Shown here: positions 30,756 to 39,816 of the stretch, piece after piece | Layout: every line of letters begins with the position of its first letter | Numbering within the stretch: the first letter of the stretch is position 1 | Notes under the pieces: model-generated | The model's input: the letters and a program-made list of their open reading frames with translations, nothing else | Told to the model about the DNA's origin: nothing | The model's database searches: none | Made by a program: the position numbers and the translations under genes | Source: Bacillota bacterium | Lineage (GTDB): Bacteria > Bacillota > Ch66 > Ch109 | Length of the DNA stretch: 64,000 bases | Assembly: GCA_050952625.1 (NCBI GenBank) | Contig: JBMNLH010000004.1 | Coordinates: 96,001-160,000 of the forward strand | Direction: 5' to 3'

Positions 30756-30829
30756 TGGAGCGGGAGACGGGAATCGAACCCGCATAGCTGGCTTGGGAAG
30801 CCAGAGCTCTGCCACTGAGCTACTCCCGC
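30756..30829 (-). tRNA. tRNA-Gly (CCC)
   Basis: GCGGGAGTAGCTCAGTGG...CTGGC-TTCCCAA-GCCAG...GTTCGATTCCCGTCTCCCGCTCCA. Confidence 0.96.
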
Positions 30830-30869
30830 ACACGGTTGGTCTTATTTTGTTAGTCTTATAACGAAATTT

Positions 30870-30898
30870 ATAATAACACAGCGATACCTAGGTGTCAA
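30870..30898 (-). promoter_or_regulatory. sigmaA promoter for tRNA-Gly
   Basis: TTGACA-N17-TATTAT. Confidence 0.7.
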
Positions 30899-31024
30899 GC
30901 GGAATCAAATGATAACAAGGGAAAACACGAGGGACCGTCAAAAAAACCAACTTAATCACAGTGAGGGGCTTTTGAAGAGATAAAAAATCTTGTATCTCAA
31001 CGATACAAGTCATTTTTAAATCAA

Positions 31025-31100
<76 letters not shown>

Positions 31101-31190
31101 ATTATCGCCGATATTGTGTTCATCAAGCTCTTCAGCTTCCTAAGTTAGAGTTCCTTCCTTGATTAAGAATTAAGGCTATATTAAATAATA

Positions 31191-31267
31191 TGGCGGAGCT
31201 GACGGGAGTCGAACCCGCGGTCTCCTGCGTGACAGGCAGGCATGTTAGGCCTCTACACCACAGCTCC
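31191..31267 (-). tRNA. tRNA-Asp (GTC)
   Basis: Anticodon arm CCTGC-CTGTCAC-GCAGG; CCA encoded. Confidence 0.96.
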
Positions 31268-31287
31268 GCAATTTTTCATCTATTACC

Positions 31288-31363
31288 TGGTGGGCGATGA
31301 CGGACTCGAACCGCCGACTTCTTGCATGTGAGGCAAGCGCTCTACCGGCTGAGCTAATCGCCC
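31288..31363 (-). tRNA. tRNA-Val (CAC)
   Basis: Anticodon arm CTTGC-CTCACAT-GCAAG; CCA encoded. Confidence 0.93.
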
Positions 31364-31372
31364 GAAGATAAA

Positions 31373-31447
31373 TGGTGACCCCTACGGGATTCGAACCCGT
31401 GTAGCCGGCGTGAAAGGCCGGTGTCTTAACCGCTTGACCAAGGGGCC
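31373..31447 (-). tRNA. tRNA-Glu (TTC)
   Basis: GGCCCCTTGGTCAAGCGGTTAAGAC; anticodon arm CCGGC-CTTTCAC-GCCGG; CCA encoded. Confidence 0.96.
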
Positions 31448-31469
31448 ACTTAACCTTCAACGGAATCTT

Positions 31470-31498
31470 ATGTTACACTACTTCAGGGCGATTGTCAA
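31470..31498 (-). promoter_or_regulatory. sigmaA promoter for the Glu-Val-Asp-Phe tRNA cluster
   Basis: TTGACA-N17-TAACAT. Confidence 0.7.
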
Positions 31499-31564
31499 CG
31501 GGTCGGGGGATATTATTGTCCAATACTAATTAAATTTAATTGTTCTTCAGTCCGACATAATACT

Positions 31565-31610
31565 AACAACCGTTCCCGACACTGTCAAGGTATTCGAGGA
31601 ACGGTTGTTT
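31565..31610. terminator. Hairpin downstream of dnaB
   Basis: aacaaccgttcc...ggaacggttgtt. Confidence 0.6.
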
Positions 31611-31720
31611 AAGTATACTTGATACAACCTAATGTTGGTTATTGCATTTCGCATACAAAGGTTAATTTGGTTAAACAATCTAGAACGCATGTCCTGGAAC
31701 AGCGAGCCGGTCTCGGTAGT

Positions 31721-33061
31721 TTAGCCGGGCATCGGTTCTTTGAGGAGGCTAACGAACTTGGTGAATTCTTTTAAGAAAGCTAACTCCACCGACCCGGTCG
31801 GGCCATTTCGGTGTTTGGCGACAATTATTTCTGCGATGTTTGGTTTGTCCGAATCCGCAAAATAGTAGTCATGCCGAAAGATAAACAGGACGATGTCCGA
31901 GTCCTGCTCCAAAGCACCGGATTCGCGCAAATGGCTGAGGTTTGGGCGTTTGTCTTGAGTCTGCTCAACTGCCCGACTAAGCTGGGATAAGGCCAGCACC
32001 GGGACCGCCAGTTCCCGCGCCAGGGCTTTTAAAGATCTGGAAATCTCGGAAATCTCCTGGGTTCGATTTTCAGACCGGCGGATAGTCTGAATCAATTGGA
32101 GATAATCAACCACTAATAAGCCCAGTCCCTTTTCCGCTTTCAGGCGTCGGGCCTTAGACCGCATTTCGTTAACGCTGATGGCCGGGGTATCGTCAATATA
32201 AATCGGGGCCTCCGCCAGCAGACCCATGGCTCGCGTCAGGGAAACCCATTCATCTTCAGCCAAACGGCCGGTGCGAAAACGTCCCTGATCAAGCCGCGCC
32301 TCGGCGCAGAGCATCCGCTGCACTAATTGCTCCTTGGCCATTTCCAAACTGAAAACAGCTACCGGCAACTTGGCCCGCAGGGCGACATTTTGGGCAATGT
32401 TTAGCGATAAACTAGTTTTGCCCATCGCTGGACGAGCAGCTAGTAAGATCAACTCCCCGGGTTGTAAGCCTCCCAAAAGCCGGTCCAAATCCGGGTAATA
32501 GGTCGGCAGGCCGGTAGCCCGATTCCCTTGTTCCTGCAATTGTTGCAGGCGATCATACGTTTCCAGTAAAATATCCTGCAGCGAGGCAAATGACTGCATC
32601 ACTCCCCGCTGAGAGATTTCGGTGATTCGCTGTTCTGCCTCATCCAGTAATACTTGGATGTCCTCGCGTCCTTCATAGCTCCGATTAACCAGCCGGTTAG
32701 ACAGATTAATTAAGGCCCGCAGCAGGGCCTTTTCTTTGACGATCGAGGCATGGTGTTCGACACTAACCGAGGTGGGCACACTGGTAAAAAGGAAAGCCAA
32801 GTAGGGCAGACCTCCCACCCGATCAAGTTCATCCAGCCGCCTTAACTCTTCGGCGAGTGTCACCAAATCCACCGGGTCGCCTCGCTCAAAAAGACCAGTG
32901 ATCGCGGGATAAATTAACCGGTGGCCCTCTCGAAAAAAGTCATCCGCCTGCAGAATGCCCATTACCACCGGAATACTCTCCCGGTCAATCAGCATTGCCC
33001 CGAGAACTAGCTGTTCGGCCTCGATATTCTGGGGCGGAACCTTGTCAAAATAAATACTCAT
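31721..33061 (-). CDS. dnaB: Replicative DNA helicase
   Basis: PPQNIEAEQ.VLG, AARPAMGKT, FSLEM, VDYLQL, LSQLSR, LRESGALEQD, KHRNGPTG. Confidence 0.98.
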   Translation of the reverse strand: MSIYFDKVPPQNIEAEQLVLGAMLIDRESIPVVMGILQADDFFREGHRLIYPAITGLFERGDPVDLVTLAEELRRLDELDRVGGLPYLAFLFTSVPTSVSVEHHASIVKEKALLRALINLSNRLVNRSYEGREDIQVLLDEAEQRITEISQRGVMQSFASLQDILLETYDRLQQLQEQGNRATGLPTYYPDLDRLLGGLQPGELILLAARPAMGKTSLSLNIAQNVALRAKLPVAVFSLEMAKEQLVQRMLCAEARLDQGRFRTGRLAEDEWVSLTRAMGLLAEAPIYIDDTPAISVNEMRSKARRLKAEKGLGLLVVDYLQLIQTIRRSENRTQEISEISRSLKALARELAVPVLALSQLSRAVEQTQDKRPNLSHLRESGALEQDSDIVLFIFRHDYYFADSDKPNIAEIIVAKHRNGPTGSVELAFLKEFTKFVSLLKEPMPG

Positions 33062-33087
33062 GGGCCTTCTTTCCTTATGTAGTTAGG

Positions 33088-33258
33088 CTTGTGTATAACT
33101 CAGTCAGCAGACCAAGCTCGGAACAAACGTCGTCGGCTTCCGGCAGGCTCCAAACTGGCCCTGCAGGCTCAGACAGTGATGCCTGCTGTTCCTCCAGCCG
33201 CCTCCGTTCTCTAATGCAGATCGTCAATCGCTGATCTTCATTATAACACTGCGCAATC
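33088..33258 (-). repeat. Diverged solo copy of repeat family A, inverted relative to the 51.4-kb array
   Basis: tcagcag...cgtcggcttccggcagg...gatgcctgctg...aatcgctga aligns with the reverse complement of the 190-bp unit. Confidence 0.85.
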
Positions 33259-33265
33259 AAGCTAA

Positions 33266-35368
33266 TTAACCAATCTGAGCTTCCCGTTCAGTCAAATACT
33301 CAGCCATAACCAAGGGTAGGGCTTCTTCAATAGTCTTAATCGGGATAACCCTGATTCCTTGAAGGTCTACCGGTACATCCTTGATGTTTTCATGGGGGAC
33401 CACAACTGTTCTTACCCCGGCCTGTTTAGCCCCGTAAATCTTTTCGATTATCCCGCCCACGGGTTTAACTTTTCCCTGTAACGAGATTTCGCCAGTCACA
33501 GCGACATCCTGGTAAATGCCCCAGCCTTTAATGGCACTCAAAATGGCCAGGGTAATCGCCAGTCCGGCCGAAGGCCCATCTATCTTCCCGCCTCCGACCA
33601 CATTAATGTGCAGGTCATAATCAGCGATCTCCTCGCCGGTAATTCGACGCAACAAAGAGGTGGCATTAAAGACAGAATCTTTAGCCATGCTGCCCGCCGC
33701 ATCATTAAATCGGACATACCCTTTTCCTTTATCCCGGGTCGGAAAAGCGACAGCCTCAATTTCTAAAACTGAGCCTAAAAAACCAAGGACCCCCAGACCC
33801 AAAATACGACCAACCTCCGAGGTGGCTGAGGCTTTATAAATGATGTACGGGGATAGTCGTGAAGTCTGAAGCACTTCATAAAGGTGGCGTTTCCCCAAAA
33901 TTATGGGGATCCCAGTCATAGACTCGGACTCGCTGGTTTGAGTGGCTGCTGCTTCTAAGAAACTGAGGTCAGCCGACCTGGTTTTCCTTAGTTCCCGGCC
34001 TTCGTGCAAGGCTAAGCCATAGGCATCGGCGATCAGATTAGTCGCCTTCCGGCCTTCGATCGTATACTCGCTGATCAATTCCGGCACCCCGGCCTCTAGC
34101 TGCACCTTTAGTTTTAAGGCGGCATTGCGGACAATTTCCTGAATATGGACGGGACTAAGCGGTTCAAAATAGATTTCCGCGCAACGCGAGCGGATAGCCG
34201 GGTTAATATCGCCTGGATCTCGGGTAGTGGCCCCGATCAAGACAAAATCTGCCGGTGCGCCTTCATCAAAAAGTTTTTTAATGTATTTGGGGATATGCGG
34301 ATCGTCCGGATCATAATAAGATGATTCAAAGGTAACTTTTTTATCTTCCAGGACCTTAAGGAGCTTGCTTTGGAGAATTAAATCCATTTCCCCAATCTCA
34401 TCAATAAATAGGATCCCACCGTGGGCTTCACTGGCCAATCCCAGCTTCGGTTCGGGGATGCCGACCTCCGCTAGTTCACGTTTCGCTCCCTGGTAAATAG
34501 GATCATGCACTGAGCCTAGTAACGGATTGGTAACCTCCCTCGGGTCCCAACGCAAGGTAGTTCCATCGACCTCGACAAAGGGGGCGTCTTTCGCAAAGAT
34601 TGAACCGGGGACTGTTTTAATCGCCTCCAAGGCTAACCGGGCCGACGTCGTCTTGCCTATCCCCGGCGGACCATAGAAAAGAATATGCTGGGGGAAAGGA
34701 GCGGCCAGCTTTGACACGAGGGCCCTGATGGCTCTTTCTTGACCAACGATTTCCTCCAGACAACTCGGACGCAACAGCTCAATCACGGAACGCGTTAACC
34801 GGGTCTGATTCATTTTTTCTAAAACTGCCAAACGCTTAAGGGTCTGGGCATTTTCCGAACCGGCGTGTTCTTTAACGAGTTGGGCTTTGATATCTTTTAG
34901 GTATTCATTGTATCGCTGTTGCATCCGTTCTTTGATTTTTCGATCAATCTTATCTTCCACGGAACGCCGCGCTAGCAGGTCAGCAATGGCTTCTTCAATC
35001 TGCGCCACAATTGACTGAAGTTGGGCGTACCGGGGCAAATCATCTAGGGTGGGGTCGCCGGTCACCAATTTTTGCAAGCCCAGTACTCGCTTCAATAAAT
35101 CATCCGAGCGCATCAGCTCTAAGGCCTCTACTTTGGTAGCCCGAAGAACCAATTTATCTGAACCATAAATATCCCCTAAAGTCTCGTACAAGGCATTAAC
35201 CTGCCGCTGAATCTGGTCATAGTGGCTAAATTTTTTTTCAATTCGATTTCTGGTACCAATGAAACGCTGATATAATGCCTTTAGCAAGATTGGCACCCTG
35301 GTTTCTAAAAACGATCGGACCGTTAAAACGGGCCAAATCATATTTCCGGGAAACCAGGATAGCACCAC
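33266..35368 (-). CDS. lonC: LonC-type ATP-dependent protease (AAA+ plus Lon S16 domain)
   Basis: LRP....IVGQ, YGPPGIGKT, LRWDPRE, FIDEIGE, DGPSAG, KPVGG..EKI.GA; between rplI and dnaB; start uncertain. Confidence 0.88.
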   Translation of the reverse strand: MVLSWFPGNMIWPVLTVRSFLETRVPILLKALYQRFIGTRNRIEKKFSHYDQIQRQVNALYETLGDIYGSDKLVLRATKVEALELMRSDDLLKRVLGLQKLVTGDPTLDDLPRYAQLQSIVAQIEEAIADLLARRSVEDKIDRKIKERMQQRYNEYLKDIKAQLVKEHAGSENAQTLKRLAVLEKMNQTRLTRSVIELLRPSCLEEIVGQERAIRALVSKLAAPFPQHILFYGPPGIGKTTSARLALEAIKTVPGSIFAKDAPFVEVDGTTLRWDPREVTNPLLGSVHDPIYQGAKRELAEVGIPEPKLGLASEAHGGILFIDEIGEMDLILQSKLLKVLEDKKVTFESSYYDPDDPHIPKYIKKLFDEGAPADFVLIGATTRDPGDINPAIRSRCAEIYFEPLSPVHIQEIVRNAALKLKVQLEAGVPELISEYTIEGRKATNLIADAYGLALHEGRELRKTRSADLSFLEAAATQTSESESMTGIPIILGKRHLYEVLQTSRLSPYIIYKASATSEVGRILGLGVLGFLGSVLEIEAVAFPTRDKGKGYVRFNDAAGSMAKDSVFNATSLLRRITGEEIADYDLHINVVGGGKIDGPSAGLAITLAILSAIKGWGIYQDVAVTGEISLQGKVKPVGGIIEKIYGAKQAGVRTVVVPHENIKDVPVDLQGIRVIPIKTIEEALPLVMAEYLTEREAQIG

Positions 35369-35505
35369 CTTTCCGTTTGTTTTTCAGATTATGGATTTTT
35401 TGCTCGCGCTCCACTGTTGCCAGTTGTTTAAGTGCATGTTTAAGTGCAAATTATTTAAGGGCTGAAAATTTGTTTACTTCTGATCAAGGGTCTTGATGTT
35501 TATGT

Positions 35506-35630
35506 ATTTATCTGAATCAAAAGACGGCTGCTTCTATAAGTGGGGGTTACCTTTGTTTAAACTTTAAGTGAAAGCAGAGTTTTTTTCATTTGAAGCCTCG
35601 ATGTTCAGCGAAGCTGAACAAGTTCACTCA
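35506..35630. repeat. Repeat family B copy overlapping the rplI stop codon
   Basis: Minus strand GAGTGAACTTGTTCAGCTTCGCTGAACATC...; homologous to 39678-39765 and 3431-3480. Confidence 0.7.
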
Positions 35631-36070
35631 GCGACGACGACTAAAGTAAACTTGGCCTGAATCCCGGGATATAGCCGGGCAGTGAGGGAATATCGTCCTA
35701 AGGCTTTGATGGTCTCTTTTAATTCCAGTTGCTTTCGATCAAGCTTAATCCCATAATCCTTAGCCAGCACCTCAGCCACTTCCCGAGTGGTGACTGAGCC
35801 AAACAGCTTTCCTCCCTCTCCGGAGCGCATCGCGACTTGAACTTCTTTGCCCTCTAACCTTTCTGCTAGATTAAGGGCCTCGGCCTTAGCCCGCTCTTTT
35901 TTATTTTTCTCGACCTGTTGCCGAAGGTTTAGATCACGCAGTCGCCCGGCCGAAGCCTCAACCGCTAAGCCTCGAGGAATCAGAAAATTCCTGGCATATC
36001 CCTCCGCTACCTCTACCGTTGATTCTTTGGAGCCCAAGCCCTTAACATCCTGTAATAGGATAACTTTCAA
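35624..36070 (-). CDS. rplI: 50S ribosomal protein L9
   Basis: MKVILLQDVKGLG, EGYARNFLIPRGLA, GKLFGSVT. Confidence 0.98.
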   Translation of the reverse strand: MKVILLQDVKGLGSKESTVEVAEGYARNFLIPRGLAVEASAGRLRDLNLRQQVEKNKKERAKAEALNLAERLEGKEVQVAMRSGEGGKLFGSVTTREVAEVLAKDYGIKLDRKQLELKETIKALGRYSLTARLYPGIQAKFTLVVVAE

Positions 36071-37062
36071 TCTCTCATTCCCTCCTTACTTCCCAATTTG
36101 CGATAGTTGAATAAAGGATCAAATAGACCAACCGACATGATCAAAACTACAGTTATTGAAATATAAAAACAGCTAAAAATAATTAGACTGGCCTTAAACC
36201 ACCGCGGCAGTTTGGATTTTTGGTAATAATAGCTGACAACGGCAATCCCAAAAATAATCAAAAAGGGAGCGTACAGGACCAGCAGGTTTTGGCCTCCGAT
36301 CATCAGCCAGCTCAATCCAAAGTAATCCCCGGCCAGCAAAGCGGCAAAAGCCACAACCACTCCCCAGGTCAGATACCAAGGCATCTGCCACTCTCGAAAA
36401 GGCGGCAGGGATACGACCGGGATCTGCAAACGACGGGCGACTAACTGGACGATTAAATAGTTAAGACTAGCGGTAATCGCTGCCCCGACTGCCAGCAGGC
36501 CCGGCAGAATTCGTTGGAAAAATAATACTATTTGGGTCGCCGCCTCCCGCAGGGCCTCTTCGGTAATTCCCTGGGCCTGATAATCTTCAAGAACCCCGGC
36601 GCGGCGGTAAAACTCCACTATCGAATCAACAGAAGATTGAAGCTGTTGGCCTAAATCGCTAAATGTTATACCCATGATTTGAAGACTAGCCAGGGTAATA
36701 ATGACCGTAGAAATAATCGAGATTCCTACCCCGCCTAGAATACTAGAGCCGGCGGAAAACTGACGCTTCAAAGCCAGTCCGTAAAAAAGGCCGACTACCC
36801 CAAATTGAGCCACATACAAGACAGCCGTGAGCGGATTGGACAGGATAATAACCAATACCATAGTGACAATTACGGCTAACAGACCATCACGCAGAGAGTA
36901 ACGCGCCACCATCAGGGTAATCGGTATGGTCCAGACTATAGTAGCAAGACTCGACAATATGGGAATGTACAATCCGACTAATGCCAAAATTGCTGCCAAG
37001 GCTGCTGCTAGAGCCCCCTCAACCAAGGGCTTTGTCCCGGATATTGGCTGCAATTTCGTCAC
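36067..37062 (-). CDS. YybS-family (DUF2232) membrane protein
   Basis: LVEGAL.AA, multiple TM helices, PPFREWQMP, GLFD..FNYRK; upstream of rplI. Confidence 0.85.
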   Translation of the reverse strand: MTKLQPISGTKPLVEGALAAALAAILALVGLYIPILSSLATIVWTIPITLMVARYSLRDGLLAVIVTMVLVIILSNPLTAVLYVAQFGVVGLFYGLALKRQFSAGSSILGGVGISIISTVIITLASLQIMGITFSDLGQQLQSSVDSIVEFYRRAGVLEDYQAQGITEEALREAATQIVLFFQRILPGLLAVGAAITASLNYLIVQLVARRLQIPVVSLPPFREWQMPWYLTWGVVVAFAALLAGDYFGLSWLMIGGQNLLVLYAPFLIIFGIAVVSYYYQKSKLPRWFKASLIIFSCFYISITVVLIMSVGLFDPLFNYRKLGSKEGMRD

Positions 37063-37379
37063 AATCCTTTCTTTCTATTCTCAAGATGTTTCTTTAAGGC
37101 AGACAGGTCCCCATACCACTCTTCCACTTCGTGTTTCTCGTCTATATGTCGGCGAACCAGTGCTTCGAGTTGCAAATCGACCTGGGCAAAGTTTACCCCA
37201 ACTCTTTGTCCTAATAAATAGGCAGTCAACTGCACGCGGGCTAAACCCTGCCGTATTAGTTCCTCCTGATTCTGTAATAAAGCCCGGAAAAGCTGACTGA
37301 CTGACTCAAGCAACTCAGCCTTTAGCCATTCAATAAGCTTGACATTACGGGCAATATCCAGGTCCCGGCTGCGGGGCAT
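37059..37379 (-). CDS. MazG-like family small protein
   Basis: DIARNVKLIEWLKAELL...HEVEEWYGDLS; ATG at 37379 behind GGAGAGG. Confidence 0.75.
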   Translation of the reverse strand: MPRSRDLDIARNVKLIEWLKAELLESVSQLFRALLQNQEELIRQGLARVQLTAYLLGQRVGVNFAQVDLQLEALVRRHIDEKHEVEEWYGDLSALKKHLENRKKGL

Positions 37380-37544
37380 ACTTCCCTCTCCTATCCAATT
37401 GAACTTTAGAATCGCCTGTAAGGGGCCTTGATTGAGAAGATAATTCGTCAATAAATAAAGATTTCCTGCTTCAATAAGTATTTCTGGCTGCTCTTTTTTC
37501 TTCCGTTGCATGCAGAATATCCCTTGCCCGTTAACTCATTAACA

Positions 37545-37569
37545 CAAAAGGGAGCGATTAACGCTCCCT
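37545..37569 (-). terminator. Terminator after rpsR
   Basis: agggagcg-attaa-cgctccct with T-run on the minus strand. Confidence 0.7.
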
Positions 37570-37591
37570 CACTCTACTAGCCAACTAACCG

Positions 37592-37822
37592 TTATTCAGC
37601 CGTAAACGGCAGCAGGGCTATATTTCTCGCCCGTTTGATCGCCAAGGTTGCCTGGCGTTGATGCTTCGCACAGTTGCCCGATATCCTTCGAGGCAGAATC
37701 TTTCCTCGTTCGGTAATAAACTTTCTCAGCTTGTTAATGTCTTTGTAGTCGACTTCTTGCACCTTCTCGACGCAAAAGGTGCAAACCCTTTTCCGCGGTC
37801 TTCGTCCACGTTCACGTCGCAT
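37592..37822 (-). CDS. rpsR: 30S ribosomal protein S18
   Basis: [29 protein letters not shown]. Confidence 0.98.
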   Translation of the reverse strand: MRRERGRRPRKRVCTFCVEKVQEVDYKDINKLRKFITERGKILPRRISGNCAKHQRQATLAIKRARNIALLPFTAE

Positions 37823-37857
37823 CAAGCCACCTCCTCCATAGTTATTTGATCAGTCCA

Positions 37858-38262
37858 TTAAAACGGTATTTCTTCCCCCTGAATATCCACTTCTGATCCA
37901 AGGTCGTCCACTGAAGAACTGCCCTTGTAACCGGCACCCGAATCTTTAGGACTCAGGAATTGGACATTTTGCGCTACTACCCGGGCGACCCGTCTTTTTT
38001 GACCGTCTTGGGTTTCATAAGATTGAATCTCCAAGCGTCCTTCTACAGCGGCCAGCCGGCCCTTGCTCAGATAATTGGCGCACAGCTCGCCTAACTGTCT
38101 CCAGGCCACTATATCGATAAAATCGGTCTCCCGCTCCCCCTGTTTATTAGTGTAGGAACGATCTACCGCTAAAGAAAAGGTCGTGACCGGTATTCCGCTA
38201 GTAGTAAAACGCATCTCGGGATCTCTGGTAAGTCGACCAATCAGGATAACTCGATTCAGCAA
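37858..38262 (-). CDS. ssb: Single-stranded DNA-binding protein
   Basis: MLNRVILIGRLTRDPE, DFIDIVAW, VEGRL, C-terminal EEIPF. Confidence 0.98.
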   Translation of the reverse strand: MLNRVILIGRLTRDPEMRFTTSGIPVTTFSLAVDRSYTNKQGERETDFIDIVAWRQLGELCANYLSKGRLAAVEGRLEIQSYETQDGQKRRVARVVAQNVQFLSPKDSGAGYKGSSSVDDLGSEVDIQGEEIPF

Positions 38263-38306
38263 TCCTGCCGCCCCCTTAAAATATCCTCTTAAATAAATAA
38301 AATAAT

Positions 38307-38535
38307 ATACGACGCTCCCGTCTATCTAAATAGTCGCGTCTCTTTCCTTTTGGACAGTTGCTGCGGTGCTAGAGTTCTACTCTTGTTCAAGCAGTACTTT
38401 CCTGTGTCCTTAGATACGACGCTCCTCTCTATCTGACTAGTCGCGTCTCTTTCCTTTTGGACAGTTGCTGCGGTGCTAGAGTTCTACTCTTGTTCAAGCA
38501 GTACTTTCCTGTGTCCTTAGATACGACGCTCCTCT
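38307..38535. repeat. Tandem repeat: 2 full 107-bp units plus the start of a third, between rpsF and ssb
   Basis: atacgacgctcc at 38307, 38414, 38521; units differ at only a few positions. Confidence 0.95.
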
Positions 38536-38537
38536 TC

Positions 38538-38822
38538 CTACCCCTTTTTAGTAATCAGGTATCGGATGACGGTGTCGGTTATTTTAAAGACCCGTTCTAG
38601 TTCCTGTTCTGTTGCCGGCTCGCCGTTGAAGTGCTCCAATACATAGTAGCCTTCTCGGTAATCGTTAATCTCATAAGCCAGCCGACGTTTGCCCCAACGA
38701 TTAATATTGACTACTTCCCCGCCATTGTCAGCAATCAATTGGTCGAACTTTTCAATAACGTCATTAATCGCCTCTTCGTCAAGATCGGGACGAATAATAT
38801 ACATAAGCTCATACGCCCGCAC
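38538..38822 (-). CDS. rpsF: 30S ribosomal protein S6
   Basis: YELMYIIRPDL, WGKRRLAYEI, EGYY; GTG start at 38822 behind GGAGG. Confidence 0.98.
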   Translation of the reverse strand: MRAYELMYIIRPDLDEEAINDVIEKFDQLIADNGGEVVNINRWGKRRLAYEINDYREGYYVLEHFNGEPATEQELERVFKITDTVIRYLITKKG

Positions 38823-38825
38823 AAT

Positions 38826-38882
38826 CTTCACCTCCTCCCCACGGACTATGGCCCTACCACGAAGATAGAGCAGGGATGGAAT
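38826..38882 (-). ncRNA. rpsF leader (S6:S18 autoregulatory RNA)
   Basis: Minus strand ATCCCTGCTCTA..TAGGGCCATAGTCCGTGGGGAGGAGGTG, with stems that can sequester the SD, resembling the Bacillota S6:S18 motif. Confidence 0.65.
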
Positions 38883-39118
38883 TGCGGTCGACTCGTTTAT
38901 TGATTATATCATTTAACAATATAATACACAAGTTGGCAAAACTAATCCTTGTGCTGAAGCAGCAAAAAGTTTAAGTTGTTCTGTCAGTATGCTACTGTTG
39001 TTCGCTATACGATAGATTTCGGGAAGAGACGGATCCGTCTGGCAGGGCTTTACGGCATGTTTCGGCAAACACGAAGGGAAGACATTAACAATGCGGAGTC
39101 TTTTAATTCAAATAAATT

Positions 39119-39145
39119 GGGACAGTGAATCTGTCCCCCTGTCCC
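39119..39145. repeat. GGGACAG REP-like palindrome
   Basis: gggacagtgaatctgtccccctgtccc. Confidence 0.7.
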
Positions 39146-39146
39146 A

Positions 39147-39365
39147 TTACAGCTTTCCTCTGACCAGCAAATTGTTTAAATCAGCCAGGGGGGCCTCGAC
39201 GACTGAAGTATTATTAAAGAGCGATTTGAGGACTGCCACCCTCTCACCTTTTTCTCTAACTTTAAAGCCAATAATGCAATAATGAATTGCTGCTTGTTCT
39301 GATTTCCGAGATACTAAATCACCAATCTGAAAACGAAGATTGGTTAATTCCCTGACCTTTCCCAC
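39147..39365 (-). CDS. Small hypothetical protein (possible SH3-like beta barrel)
   Basis: FQIGDLVSRKS...; GTG start behind GGGGTGG; follows the DUF951 gene. Confidence 0.55.
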   Translation of the reverse strand: MGKVRELTNLRFQIGDLVSRKSEQAAIHYCIIGFKVREKGERVAVLKSLFNNTSVVEAPLADLNNLLVRGKL

Positions 39366-39420
39366 GGCACACCACCCCTTTATAGGATATGCCGGCAAAG
39401 GGTTAAAGGTGCTGAAGATT

Positions 39421-39633
39421 TCACGGAGAATTCTCTTGATGCCGCACAATCGTCTTAACGCTTTTTTCAAACTTAACTCTAGGTAACATCACTTGGTGAC
39501 CACAGCCGAGACACTTGATCCGGATATCCATCCCGGTCCTGGTTATCTCCCACTCATAACTGCCACAGGGATGAGATTTACGCAAACGTACGACATCACC
39601 CAAGTTAAATCTAGGTATCTGTGAACTGCCCAA
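39421..39633 (-). CDS. DUF951 (YyzM-like) protein
   Basis: GDVVRLRKSHPCGS.EWEITRTGMDIRIKC.GCG. Confidence 0.9.
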   Translation of the reverse strand: MGSSQIPRFNLGDVVRLRKSHPCGSYEWEITRTGMDIRIKCLGCGHQVMLPRVKFEKSVKTIVRHQENSP

Positions 39634-39677
39634 AGAACTTAACCCTACCCTTCTGTTATCCGTGTTGCAAACCGGAG

Positions 39678-39765
39678 CTTAGTGAACTCATTCAGCTTCG
39701 CCAAACATCAAGGCCCAGATGGAGACTCTAGTCCACCTGAAGTTTTCAGCAAGGGCCCCCCTTAT
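39678..39765. repeat. Repeat family B copy, opposite orientation to 35506-35630
   Basis: tagtgaactcattcagcttcgccaaacatc...ccacctgaag. Confidence 0.65.
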
Positions 39766-39816
39766 GCCTCTTATCTCAACTAATGTCTTAGGTCAAAATG
39801 ACTTGCGTCTAATATC

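Noticed and set aside
32995-33260. Short ORFs between lonC and dnaB
   Set aside because: They lie on the family A repeat copy.
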